Shown here: in pieces, positions 41,296-50,123 of the stretch
How positions within the stretch are numbered: the stretch's first letter is position 1
Layout: every line of letters begins with the position of its first letter
Origin: Longimicrobiales bacterium
Lineage (GTDB): Bacteria > Gemmatimonadota > Gemmatimonadetes > Longimicrobiales > Gaopeijiaceae
DNA: 64,000 nt
Assembly (NCBI GenBank): GCA_965249725.1
Contig: OZ252251.1
Location: forward strand, 192,001 to 256,000
Reading direction: 5' to 3'
Program-made: the position numbers and the translations under genes
The notes under the pieces: model-generated
What the model was told of the DNA's origin: nothing
The model's input: the letters and a program-made list of their open reading frames with translations, nothing else
The model's database searches: none

Positions 41296-41380
41296 AGCAC
41301 GCCTCAGCCTCTAGACGTCATGCCAAGATCTGACGGCTCGAGTCCGGTAGAAACAAGCCCCACGCGTGCCTCACTGAGGC

Positions 41381-44032
41381 TCAGTTGGGCACCCGCTCCT
41401 TCAACTCCTCGAACCAATTCACGACTAGGATCGCATCAGGAGGTGCGTTGTCCGTCGGGTCGTCGCGCTGAAACGCCCTCGCCATGAGGAATTGGCGCTC
41501 ACCGGAACCGACGTCGTACGGGACCGCGATGTCCGAGGTGACCATGGTCACGCCTAGCTCGAAGAGTACCGTCCGGGCACCGACTCTGAACGCGGAGCTG
41601 GTCTCGACCGCGGCCGCCAGCATCTCCCGACTGCTGTTCATGAAGAAGATCTCGGCGCCGTCCTTGGACCAGCGAGGACTGAAGCCGCCATCCGTGGAGA
41701 CCTGCCAACGTCCCGACTCGACATCCGCGAAGGGACGAACGAAGACCTCGTGTGTGCCTGTCTCGTTGGACGTATAAGCGAGCCAACGACCATCGGGCGA
41801 CAGGGCCGGCGCTCTCTCGTCATAGTCCCCAACCAGCAGCGGGGTCGTCTCGCTGTCCGCGCCGGGGCGGATGGCGAAGATATCTCGACCGCCCAACTGA
41901 CCCCCAATGCCCGCCGTGCGAACGACGAGCCACTGCCCATCGGCGCTCCACTCCACCTCCGCAATCGTACGCTCAAGATCGAGCAGGAGCTCGACGTTAC
42001 CCGTACCGTCCGCCCGTTTTTGGTACACGTCCAGGTTCTCGCCTCGGCTCGAGATGAACGTCACGGTCTCCGGGTTCGGTCCCCAAACGGGCTTGCGGTC
42101 CCCCGCCTCGTCGAAGGTGAGTCGCGACCGCGGGCCTCCATCGAGCTCCTTCACCCAGATGTCGGTGCCTGCCTCGGTGCGCTCGCGCAGCGCGACGCGT
42201 GATTCGTCGGGGGATAGCCGCCAACCGGAATTGGCGCCCCCGTGGTCGAAGGACCAGCCCGCCTGGACCGGCGTCGCCACTCCGGATCGAGTCAGCCACA
42301 CCAACTCCTGTTGCCCTCCGCTGCCGGTACCTGTCGTGTAAAAGAGTTTACCGGTATCGGAGATGTCGTAGCCCAACACGTTGTCGACCATCGCCACGAC
42401 AGGCCCGGTCAGCTCCATGGCCTCCGGGTCGAAAGGAGCTGCCATCAAGGTCCCGTCGAGAACGAAGACAAGGTGGCCGGTCGGAGTGTACCACGGCTGC
42501 TCTCCGGCTGTGACCAGCGTCGATTCTCCGGTGGAGAGGTCCAGGTTGTGCACGAAGTCGGATCCGTCGGCCAAGACCCAGTCAATCGCATGTTCCCCAT
42601 CCGGCATCACCTGGATCACCCCGTGGACTTCGTCCGACGGGACCGTGGCCACCGCCTCCCACTCTCCACCCCCGGGAGGAACCCGCACCAATGTGCTGTC
42701 CACACCGGCGTACACATACCCGTCCGTTGTCCATCGTGGGAAGTTGGCGCGTCCAAGTGTCCGCATTGGGCCGCCACCGAGGGGGGCCACCTTGATCTCG
42801 CCCCCCTGTGAGAAGACGATCTCGGTCCCGTCGGGTGAGAATGACGGGTCGTTGTGCAGGTCGGCATTGCGCACCGCTTGGGCCACGACGTCGTCCCAAC
42901 GTCGAATCAAGAGTTGAGGAACGGTTCCATCTCCGGGTGGTCCTCGATACGCCAACATCGAGCCGTCACGAGAGAGCTTGAACGAGCGGTAGCCGGTGTT
43001 GACCATTTCCTGGCTGGGGCGGAACGGCGACTCGTATCGCGCCACGTGTAGTAGCGGTCGCTCTGGAGCGCGCTGGAGTGTCCATCCGAGTCCGAGCGTG
43101 GCTAGTGCCGCCGCCGCCGTCATTGCGACCGAAAGCGGATTCCAAAGGCCTCCCGAGCCCCCCCCGTGCATCGCCCCGACCCCATGACGGAAGCCGGCGT
43201 CCGCCAGCGCACGGGCGAACGACTGTGCATCGGTGAAGCGATCCGCCGGAAGCTTCTCAAGCGCCTTTTGCAGCGCAGCGTCTACGTTGGCGGGTATCGA
43301 CTTGCGCAGCGACGTCGCGGAGACGGGAGCGCCCTGGATGATCTTACCGAGCACCGCCTGGGCCGTGTTGCCGACGTAGGGCGGTTCCCCGACCAGCATC
43401 TCGTAGAGCACCGCCGCAAGCCCGTAGATATCGCTCGCCGCACCGATCGACTGGTCGCCGGTAGCCTGCTCGGGACTCATGTAGTAGGGCGTGCCCACCG
43501 AGAGGCCGGTCTCGGTCAAACGGCTCCCACCGGCCGCACCGACCGCCAACGCGATCCCGAAGTCCGCGACCAGTGGCTCACCCCTGCTCAGGAGAATGTT
43601 GGCCGGCTTGATGTCGCGGTGGACGATCCCCGCATCGTGCGCCGTCTGAAGCGCGTTGGCCACCGCCGCGGCGATCCTGACCGCCTCGTCGACCGGGAGC
43701 TGCTTGTCTCGGTCGATTCTCTCCTGGAGCGTCTCGCCTTCTACGTACGGCATTACATAGAAGAGAAAGCGGTCCGCCTCTCCTGAATCGAAGAGCGGCA
43801 GGATATGCGGATGCTGCAGATTCGCGGTCGTCTTGATCTCGGCGAGGAAGCGCTCCGCTCCGACGACGGCCGCCAGCTCGGGCTTGAGGACCTTCAGCGC
43901 GACCTTCCGCTCGTGCCTGAGGTCGTCCGCCAGGTAGACGTTCGCCATCCCGCCTTCGCCGAGCTCACGCTCGATGGAATATCGGCCCTCCAGGGCGGCA
44001 TTGAGACGAACGACGGGATCAGACAAGGGCAC
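41381..44032 (-). CDS. Ser/Thr protein kinase with TM and TolB/PD40-like propeller repeats
   Basis: GEGGMANVY, VALK, HRDIKPAN, DFG, GTPYYMSPE; SPDG repeats; VNWFEELK terminus. Confidence 0.93.
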   Translation of the reverse strand: MPLSDPVVRLNAALEGRYSIERELGEGGMANVYLADDLRHERKVALKVLKPELAAVVGAERFLAEIKTTANLQHPHILPLFDSGEADRFLFYVMPYVEGETLQERIDRDKQLPVDEAVRIAAAVANALQTAHDAGIVHRDIKPANILLSRGEPLVADFGIALAVGAAGGSRLTETGLSVGTPYYMSPEQATGDQSIGAASDIYGLAAVLYEMLVGEPPYVGNTAQAVLGKIIQGAPVSATSLRKSIPANVDAALQKALEKLPADRFTDAQSFARALADAGFRHGVGAMHGGGSGGLWNPLSVAMTAAAALATLGLGWTLQRAPERPLLHVARYESPFRPSQEMVNTGYRSFKLSRDGSMLAYRGPPGDGTVPQLLIRRWDDVVAQAVRNADLHNDPSFSPDGTEIVFSQGGEIKVAPLGGGPMRTLGRANFPRWTTDGYVYAGVDSTLVRVPPGGGEWEAVATVPSDEVHGVIQVMPDGEHAIDWVLADGSDFVHNLDLSTGESTLVTAGEQPWYTPTGHLVFVLDGTLMAAPFDPEAMELTGPVVAMVDNVLGYDISDTGKLFYTTGTGSGGQQELVWLTRSGVATPVQAGWSFDHGGANSGWRLSPDESRVALRERTEAGTDIWVKELDGGPRSRLTFDEAGDRKPVWGPNPETVTFISSRGENLDVYQKRADGTGNVELLLDLERTIAEVEWSADGQWLVVRTAGIGGQLGGRDIFAIRPGADSETTPLLVGDYDERAPALSPDGRWLAYTSNETGTHEVFVRPFADVESGRWQVSTDGGFSPRWSKDGAEIFFMNSSREMLAAAVETSSAFRVGARTVLFELGVTMVTSDIAVPYDVGSGERQFLMARAFQRDDPTDNAPPDAILVVNWFEELKERVPN

Positions 44033-44117
44033 CTCGCGACCAAATGAAGCAACGGATCATGATACGGCGTGGGAGGTTTTCGCACAGCCCGTCACCTTCC
44101 CTCCACTTCCGTTCCCA

Positions 44118-44146
44118 TTGACGGAGACCCAAGCCGCGTATATCGT
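44118..44146 (+). promoter_or_regulatory. Putative sigma70 promoter for met operon (TTGACG-N17-TATCGT)
   Basis: Ends about 8 nt before the riboswitch P1. Confidence 0.6.
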
Positions 44147-44152
44147 CGTGGC

Positions 44153-44272
44153 CATCATCAAGACCGGCTGAGGGGCAGGCCCTTTGAAGCCGGGGCAACC
44201 TTCGGGGAACTACGCAGTCTCCGAAACAGGTGCCAAGTCCTGCGGGAACTTCGGTTCTCCGACAGATGAACT
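44153..44272 (+). ncRNA. SAM-I (S-box) riboswitch
   Basis: P1 TCATC...GATGA; ATCAAGA, GAGGG..GGCCC..TGAA kink-turn region, GGCAACC, GGTGCCAA.TCC; upstream of Met biosynthesis genes. Confidence 0.93.
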
Positions 44273-44372
44273 CGCGTCCGTTTCCGACCTTCCTGGTCGA
44301 GCTTTCGGGTCCGTCAGAATCATCCGCCGGCGCTCCTCGTTCCCCGCCGCCATGGAACTGGAGCGAACAGCG

Positions 44373-45431
44373 ATGACTGAGCAGATCGGAATCGGCGTCT
44401 CGGGGGACCGCGTGTCTACGCCCGCCCTGGACGCATACCGGACGACGGGCTCGTCGCCCACGGTACACCTTCTCGGACCTGGACGTGTGGGTCGAGCCTT
44501 CTTGGACCTGCTCCGCCGGACGGGCCACACGGTGGCCGGTGTGACGGACAGCAGCGGGACCGTCACGGCGTCGGACAGCGTGGACTGTGAGCGGGTCATC
44601 GCTGCCAAGGAAGCCGGGGAAACACTCGCTTCCGCCCTGGGTGCCAGCCCCCTGTCCCTCGCCGATGCGCTCGCGGAGGTCGACGCGGATGTAGTAGTCG
44701 ACACCACCGCCACCGACTTCGGTCGGCCCGAGTGGGCCGAGACTCTCGACGAGAGCGTTGTACGGCGCGGAAGGGGACTGCTTCTGGCGGCCAAGGACGC
44801 TGCGGCCTCCCACGTGGATCGTTGGAGCGATCCCGCCCTGGACGGACGGGTGGGCATCAACGCGGTCCTGGGCGGCGCGGGACGACAGTTGCTCGATTCC
44901 GTCAGCGAACTCCGAGGTGACTGGGTCGAGGCCGCCTTCGTCGGCAGTGCCTCCACCACGGCCATTATCGAGGTCCTGGAGGCTGGAGGTTCCTTCGAGG
45001 AGGGCCTGGCGGCGGCGGATAGGCAGGGCTTTCTGGAGTCCGACCCGGAGTTGGACCTGAAGGGCGTGGACGCCGCGGTGAAGCTCTCGGTGGTCGAGGC
45101 CGCGTTGACCGGCCGGCCGGCCGTCTTGGTCGTGGCTCAGGACCTGCGCGACGTGGATCCGGTGATCGTCCGGGAGCGGGTCGGTGAGGGCCTGACCACT
45201 CGCCTCGTGGGAGAGGTCAGGCGTGACGGTGCCAGCACGCTGAGCTACAAAGCCGTGCCCAAGGGGAGCACGCTCGACGTCGGCTGTGACGAGGTGGCGT
45301 ACACGTATCGCCTGACCAGTGGCGAGGTCTGTACACATCGGGGCAAGGGACTGGGTCCGGGACCCACGGCCGAGGCCGTCGTCGTCGATCTCGAAGCGCG
45401 GTTCCCCGTGAGTGTGGGGAGGCCGTCATGA
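44373..45431 (+). CDS. hom: Homoserine dehydrogenase (divergent, no ACT domain)
   Basis: GPGRVG, VVVDTT, AAKD, ESDPELDLKGVDAAVKL, GKGLGPGPTA.AVV.D; operon context. Confidence 0.78.
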   Translation: MTEQIGIGVSGDRVSTPALDAYRTTGSSPTVHLLGPGRVGRAFLDLLRRTGHTVAGVTDSSGTVTASDSVDCERVIAAKEAGETLASALGASPLSLADALAEVDADVVVDTTATDFGRPEWAETLDESVVRRGRGLLLAAKDAAASHVDRWSDPALDGRVGINAVLGGAGRQLLDSVSELRGDWVEAAFVGSASTTAIIEVLEAGGSFEEGLAAADRQGFLESDPELDLKGVDAAVKLSVVEAALTGRPAVLVVAQDLRDVDPVIVRERVGEGLTTRLVGEVRRDGASTLSYKAVPKGSTLDVGCDEVAYTYRLTSGEVCTHRGKGLGPGPTAEAVVVDLEARFPVSVGRPS

Positions 45432-46420
45432 AGACCGTGACCGCTCAGCCGTTCGGCACCGTGACCCTGGAGGACGCTTCCGCCGGCGACACGGTGGCCT
45501 ACGCCTCCTATGGTGCGGAGGACGCTCCTGCCGTCTTCGTGCTCGGGGGCATTTCGGCGCACCGCTTTGTGTGCGGAAACCCCGACGGGCACCCCGACGG
45601 AGGCGACGGATGGTGGCCGGGCGTGGTGGGTCCGGGCGTCGGCCTCGATCCCGAGCGTTACCGCATCTTGAGCATCGACTGGCTCGGGGGTGCCGGAGAT
45701 TCGACCGGGCCCGGGACCAACGGTTCGGGCCCGCCCGTCGTGACTACGCAGGACCAGGCCCACGCGATCGCCCGTGTTCTCGATCACCTCGAGATCGAGC
45801 AGCTCCACGGATTCGTGGGGGCCTCCTACGGCGGAATGGTGGGGTTGGCCCTGGGTGTGCTCTACCCGGAGCGAGTCCGACGGCTTCTCGTGCTCTGCGC
45901 GGCGCACCGAGCGCACCCCATGGCCGTGGGGCTTCGGGTGCTGCAGCGCCGTATCGTGGGGTTGGCAGCCGCATCCGGCCGGGAGACCGAAGGGCTCGCG
46001 CTTGCCAGGGCCCTCGCGATGACGACCTACAGGACCCCGGAGGAGTTCGAGCAGCGATTCGCGTCGTCACCCAACTGGGTTGAAGGATCCCCGCGCTTCG
46101 CTGTGGAGGACTATCTCGAGTACCAGGGCGAACGCTTCAGCCAACGCTTCGACGCAACCGCCTTCAGAGTGCTCACGCAGTCCCTCGACATCCACCGGGT
46201 GGAGCCCGAGGACGTTCTGGTCCCCACGACCGCGATGTCGGTCGACTCCGATACGCTCGTGCCACCGTGGTTGGTGGCCGAGCTGGTGCGCAGGCTGCCC
46301 AGTTCGGGCAGGGCCGTGCGGATCGCATCGAACTTCGGGCACGACGCATTCCTCAAGGAGCACCAGGCCGTGAGCCGGCTGATCCTCAATGTTCTGGAAG
46401 GGGAGGCCCAGCATGGCTGA
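45428..46420 (+). CDS. metX: Homoserine O-acyltransferase, MetX family (GGISA type; probably succinyl)
   Basis: GGISAHR, GWW, GASYGGMV, AMTTYR, FGHDAFLKE. Confidence 0.88.
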   Translation: MKTVTAQPFGTVTLEDASAGDTVAYASYGAEDAPAVFVLGGISAHRFVCGNPDGHPDGGDGWWPGVVGPGVGLDPERYRILSIDWLGGAGDSTGPGTNGSGPPVVTTQDQAHAIARVLDHLEIEQLHGFVGASYGGMVGLALGVLYPERVRRLLVLCAAHRAHPMAVGLRVLQRRIVGLAAASGRETEGLALARALAMTTYRTPEEFEQRFASSPNWVEGSPRFAVEDYLEYQGERFSQRFDATAFRVLTQSLDIHRVEPEDVLVPTTAMSVDSDTLVPPWLVAELVRRLPSSGRAVRIASNFGHDAFLKEHQAVSRLILNVLEGEAQHG

Positions 46421-47717
46421 CCGTCGAGCCGAGACCCGTGCGGTACGAGCCGGAGTGGCGGTCAACCGCGAGCACGGGTCCGTGATCCCACCCATCCACC
46501 TCTCCTCGACGTTCGCGTTCGAGGGCCTGGGCGTGCAGCGGCAGTATGACTACACCCGCTCGGGGAATCCGACGAGGGACATCCTGGGGCAGGCGCTGGC
46601 CGATCTGGAGGGTGGCCAAGACGCTGTGGTCACCGCGTCGGGTATGGCGGCGGTCACGTCCGTCCTGCAGCTGCTCGGACCGGACGACCTGATCGTCGCG
46701 CCTCATGATTGTTACGGCGGGACCCACCGTCTCCTGACCAGCTTCGCTCGCAAGGGCCAGTTCCGCCTGCAGCTCGTGGATCAGACGGACTCCGGCGCTC
46801 TGGACGAAGCCCTCGCGGCCGAACCACGCATGATCTGGGTGGAGACCCCCAGCAACCCGCTGCTGCGTGTGGTGGACATTGCCGACATCGCGGAGCGTGC
46901 ACGCGCAGTGGACGCCCTGGTGGTCGTCGACAACACCTTCCTCTCACCGGTCTTCCAACGTCCCATCGAATGGGGCGCGGATCTGGTCGTGCACTCCACG
47001 ACCAAGTACCTGAACGGGCACTCCGACGTGGTTGGCGGGGCGGTCGTCGCGCGGACACCGGAGTTGGCGGAGGAGGTCGCGTGGTGGGCCAACGCACTGG
47101 GTGTGACCGGCTCGCCGTTCGACTCGTTCCTGACCATGCGGGGCATCCGGACCCTGCACGCCCGCATGCAGATGCACGAATCAAACGCAGCTGCGGTCGT
47201 CGATGCCCTGAAGCAGCACCCCTCGGTGAAGCGCGTGTACCACCCCAGCCTCGAGGACCATTCGGGACACCACATCGCGCTGTCCCAGCAGTCCGGGTTC
47301 GGGGGCATGGTCAGCTTCGAGCTGGAAGGAGGAGAGGACCAGGTGAGGGCCTTCCTCGACGGCTTGGAGCTGTTCACGCTGGCGGAGTCCCTGGGTGGCG
47401 TCGAGAGCTTGGTGTGCCACCCGGCGACCATGACGCATGCGGCCATGGATGATGAGGCGCGCCTTGTTGCCGGAATCGGTGCCAGCTTGCTGCGTCTTTC
47501 GGTCGGAATCGAGGCAGGAGAGGATCTCGTACGCGATCTGACCCAGGCGCTCGACCGAACGATAGAGGCCCAGCCCGTGGTGTTTGCCGCTTCGGCGGCG
47601 GCCTCGGCGGCGCTCCGGACTGCGGTGGCGAAGGACCCCCGTGACACGCACTGGGTACGGAGGCGCGAACCGAGCCCCGTCCCGAGCCCTGTGCATATCC
47701 TACCCGATCGTGCGTGA
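46413..47717 (+). CDS. metB: Cystathionine gamma-synthase
   Basis: YDYTRSGNPTR, ETPSNP, VDNTFLSP, HSTTKYLNGHSD, LAESLGGVESL, LRLSVGIE; GGAGG RBS. Confidence 0.93.
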   Translation: MADRRAETRAVRAGVAVNREHGSVIPPIHLSSTFAFEGLGVQRQYDYTRSGNPTRDILGQALADLEGGQDAVVTASGMAAVTSVLQLLGPDDLIVAPHDCYGGTHRLLTSFARKGQFRLQLVDQTDSGALDEALAAEPRMIWVETPSNPLLRVVDIADIAERARAVDALVVVDNTFLSPVFQRPIEWGADLVVHSTTKYLNGHSDVVGGAVVARTPELAEEVAWWANALGVTGSPFDSFLTMRGIRTLHARMQMHESNAAAVVDALKQHPSVKRVYHPSLEDHSGHHIALSQQSGFGGMVSFELEGGEDQVRAFLDGLELFTLAESLGGVESLVCHPATMTHAAMDDEARLVAGIGASLLRLSVGIEAGEDLVRDLTQALDRTIEAQPVVFAASAAASAALRTAVAKDPRDTHWVRRREPSPVPSPVHILPDRA

Positions 47718-48604
47718 CGCTTTCTTCGACACCGAGCCCAGCCACACTTAGCGCGCCATTCGACGACTTCTCGATCTTCGGATTCGAGGTGCACGTCAGT
47801 GTGCTGGCCGGCTGTGTGTTCCTGGCGGCCGTCTACCTGGCGGCCGTGGGCCCGGCCCGGAGGCGCTTCGGGTGGTCTGACACGGGGGCGGGACCGTGGA
47901 GAGTGGCGGCCTTCTTGGGCGGCGTAGGCATCGTGTTCTTCTCGCTGAACGGGCCGCTCCACCACCTGAGTGACGAGTACCTGTTTGCTGCCCACATGGT
48001 GCAGCACATGCTGCTCATGCTCATCATGCCGCCGCTGCTCATCATGGGGGTTCCACCGTGGTTGATCAGCAAGGCACTAGAGCGATCGGCGGTCCTGAAG
48101 GTGGCCCGCCTGTTGACGCATCCCGTGCTCGCGTTCGCCGCGTACAATGTGGTCTTCATCGGGTGGCATCTGCCTCCTATGTACAACGCCGCCCTGGCCA
48201 ACCACGACATCCACATCGTCCAGCACCTCATGTTCATCTCCGTAGCCACGATGATGTGGTGGCCCGTGATCAACCCGGTCGAGGAGTTGGAGAGGATTCC
48301 CACCGGGCCGTTGCTGATGATGTACGTGTTCGCGTTCGGCATTCCGTCGACGGCAGTGTCTGCGTTCATCACGATGTCGGACGAGCTGCTCTATCCTCTC
48401 TATGAGCTGGCTCCTCGCGTCACGGCGCTCACGGCCATGGAGGATCAGCGTCTCGGAGGCCTGATCATGTGGATTCCGGGAATGCTGATTTTCTGGGTCG
48501 CCATCTCGGTCGTCTTCTTTCGCTGGACCAAGGACGAGTACCGAGGCTGGAAGACAGAGGCCGCGGAGGGTCCCGGCTCGGAAGAGCCAGAGTGGCGACC
48601 CTGA
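47714..48604 (+). CDS. ctaG: Cytochrome c oxidase assembly factor, caa3-type CtaG
   Basis: YLFAAHMVQHMLL, WHLP.MY, HIVQHL, DQRLGGLIMWIPG. Confidence 0.9.
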   Translation: MTLSSTPSPATLSAPFDDFSIFGFEVHVSVLAGCVFLAAVYLAAVGPARRRFGWSDTGAGPWRVAAFLGGVGIVFFSLNGPLHHLSDEYLFAAHMVQHMLLMLIMPPLLIMGVPPWLISKALERSAVLKVARLLTHPVLAFAAYNVVFIGWHLPPMYNAALANHDIHIVQHLMFISVATMMWWPVINPVEELERIPTGPLLMMYVFAFGIPSTAVSAFITMSDELLYPLYELAPRVTALTAMEDQRLGGLIMWIPGMLIFWVAISVVFFRWTKDEYRGWKTEAAEGPGSEEPEWRP

Positions 48605-48611
48605 TCGCGGC

Positions 48612-49032
48612 TCAGCCCGAAGTGTCGAAGCTCACGATCTGAGGTACGTGATCCTCGGCCTCGAGGAAGCGCAGCAATCCCTCCGGAGCGATCGACGTGG
48701 TCATGCTGTTGTCGAGAGGGTGGACGTTCAGGGCCTCGCTCGTCCTCAGTTCCGAGTCAATGGCCACCTGCACGGCCTGCGATGTGTCGTTGATGACGGC
48801 CAGCGGCGTGACGGCGCCGGGAATGACACCGAGGTAGCCCATCAGCCGCTCGCTGCTGCCGAACGACAGTCGTCCGGAGCCGATGAGGGAGCCTACCTCT
48901 CCCTTGAGGTCCAAACGGCGGCTTTCGGGTGTCACCAGGAGCCACATCTTCCCCTTCTTGTTACGCAGGAAGAGGTTCTTGACGTGGGCTCCGACGATGG
49001 GACCGCGGTGAGTTTTGGCTTCTTCGACGGTG
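48612..49032 (-). pseudogene. ProX/PrdX (YbaK-like) aminoacyl-tRNA editing gene, 3' part
   Basis: TVEEAK...HVKNLFLRNKKG, LSFGS, LGVIPGAVTP, NVHPLDN; cut by the IS element. Confidence 0.9.
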
Positions 49033-49097
49033 GGTAGTGGGTCATTTTGAATTGTTTAGGCCCTGCGCGGCGAGCTTGGCCCCGTTAGGTTTCAAGT

Positions 49098-49364
49098 ATG
49101 CCGAAAAAGAAGTCCATCGCGAAGACCAAGCTCCGACCCGACATGAACGAGACGGCGCACCGCGTTATGCTGGAGGCGACTGGGCAGGCCTCGAAGACAA
49201 AGCCACCGGACGAGCGGGTTGACGAAGAGAAGAACCCGGAAGCCGTGAAGCGCGGGTCTAAGGGCGGGCTGCAGGGAGGGCACCGGCGCGCAGAAGAACT
49301 CTCACCGGAGGAACGAAGCGAAATAGCAAAGGGAGCTGCGATCAGTCGCTGGCAGGAGCATTAG
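49098..49364 (+). CDS. Small basic KGG-motif protein of the IS element
   Basis: PDMNETA..V...TG, KNPEAVKRGSKGGLQGG..RAEELSPEERSEIAK.AA..RW. Confidence 0.75.
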   Translation: MPKKKSIAKTKLRPDMNETAHRVMLEATGQASKTKPPDERVDEEKNPEAVKRGSKGGLQGGHRRAEELSPEERSEIAKGAAISRWQEH

Positions 49365-49367
49365 CCC

Positions 49368-49553
49368 CTAGGCAAGGGCCTCTCTAATGGCCCGCATCTG
49401 CTCAATAGCCTTCTCAACACGTTCGATCTGCTGGCGCTTCACGTCATAGCTCGGATGTTCGGCAGACTCGTAAGCAAGCTTCGTATACTGGAGCGATTCG
49501 AGAATTAGTGGCATATCGAGGCCTCCCAGCGCATCCTGAATAGTGTCACTCAT
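49368..49553 (-). CDS. Small helical hypothetical protein (IS cargo, 61 aa)
   Basis: GGAGAGGA RBS; ATG overlaps the end of the upstream ORF; MSDTIQDALGG...MRAIREALA. Confidence 0.6.
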   Translation of the reverse strand: MSDTIQDALGGLDMPLILESLQYTKLAYESAEHPSYDVKRQQIERVEKAIEQMRAIREALA

Positions 49554-50094
49554 CGTCCTCTCCCCGAGCGAGCCGAAGGTACTCTGCCTCATTCTCACGC
49601 TTGATGCTCGCGACCAGGGCGCGGCGCTGCTTAGTCCGGCGGATGAAGTAGTCACACGAAGCTCGAAGGTCTTTTGGCACCTGGCCCTTCGCAATCGCCC
49701 ACATGACTTCGCTAGTGTTCGCCATCGAGTGCGCCCGCTCAAGCTCAATCTCTTCCTTCCAACGCAGCCCCAAGAGGGGGTTTGCCGTGAACTTGAGACC
49801 GTAACCATACACACTGGCAAAATACAGAATGAACTCATCGGCGATCTCAACTCGCTTCTCGTAGAATAAGCGGCGGTGACTGCCAGGGTCAGAGGAGAAA
49901 TCGAGTCCTCTGGGGAAGCTCTCGCATATGGTCCGCTTGGACAGCTCTTGGAACGACAACTCAATGACCTCGCCGTCCTCCAGTCCCGTCATTCCGGCCA
50001 CCGAGGGCCGCAACTGCACCGCGATGGGTTGAAGAAGTTCCTCCCTCATCACTTCCCACGCGGTGCGATTCCGCTTGGTGCCATCTCCGCTCAT
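49546..50094 (-). CDS. Hypothetical protein (IS cargo)
   Basis: About 182-aa ORF between two co-oriented cargo genes; alternative GTG start at 50112. Confidence 0.6.
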   Translation of the reverse strand: MSGDGTKRNRTAWEVMREELLQPIAVQLRPSVAGMTGLEDGEVIELSFQELSKRTICESFPRGLDFSSDPGSHRRLFYEKRVEIADEFILYFASVYGYGLKFTANPLLGLRWKEEIELERAHSMANTSEVMWAIAKGQVPKDLRASCDYFIRRTKQRRALVASIKRENEAEYLRLARGEDDE

Positions 50095-50123
50095 AACATC
50101 CCCGCTGTGCACAGGCCAACGTC

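Noticed and set aside
44184..44372. N-terminal 63 codons of the 415-aa hom ORF
   Set aside because: They run through the SAM-I aptamer and expression platform; ATG 44373 has the SD
49554..49964. 198-aa version of the last cargo ORF, and plus-strand ORF 49543-49869
   Set aside because: Both overlap the 182-aa cargo ORF; the RBS and overlap support a start at 49553. Some uncertainty remains because none has recognisable homology
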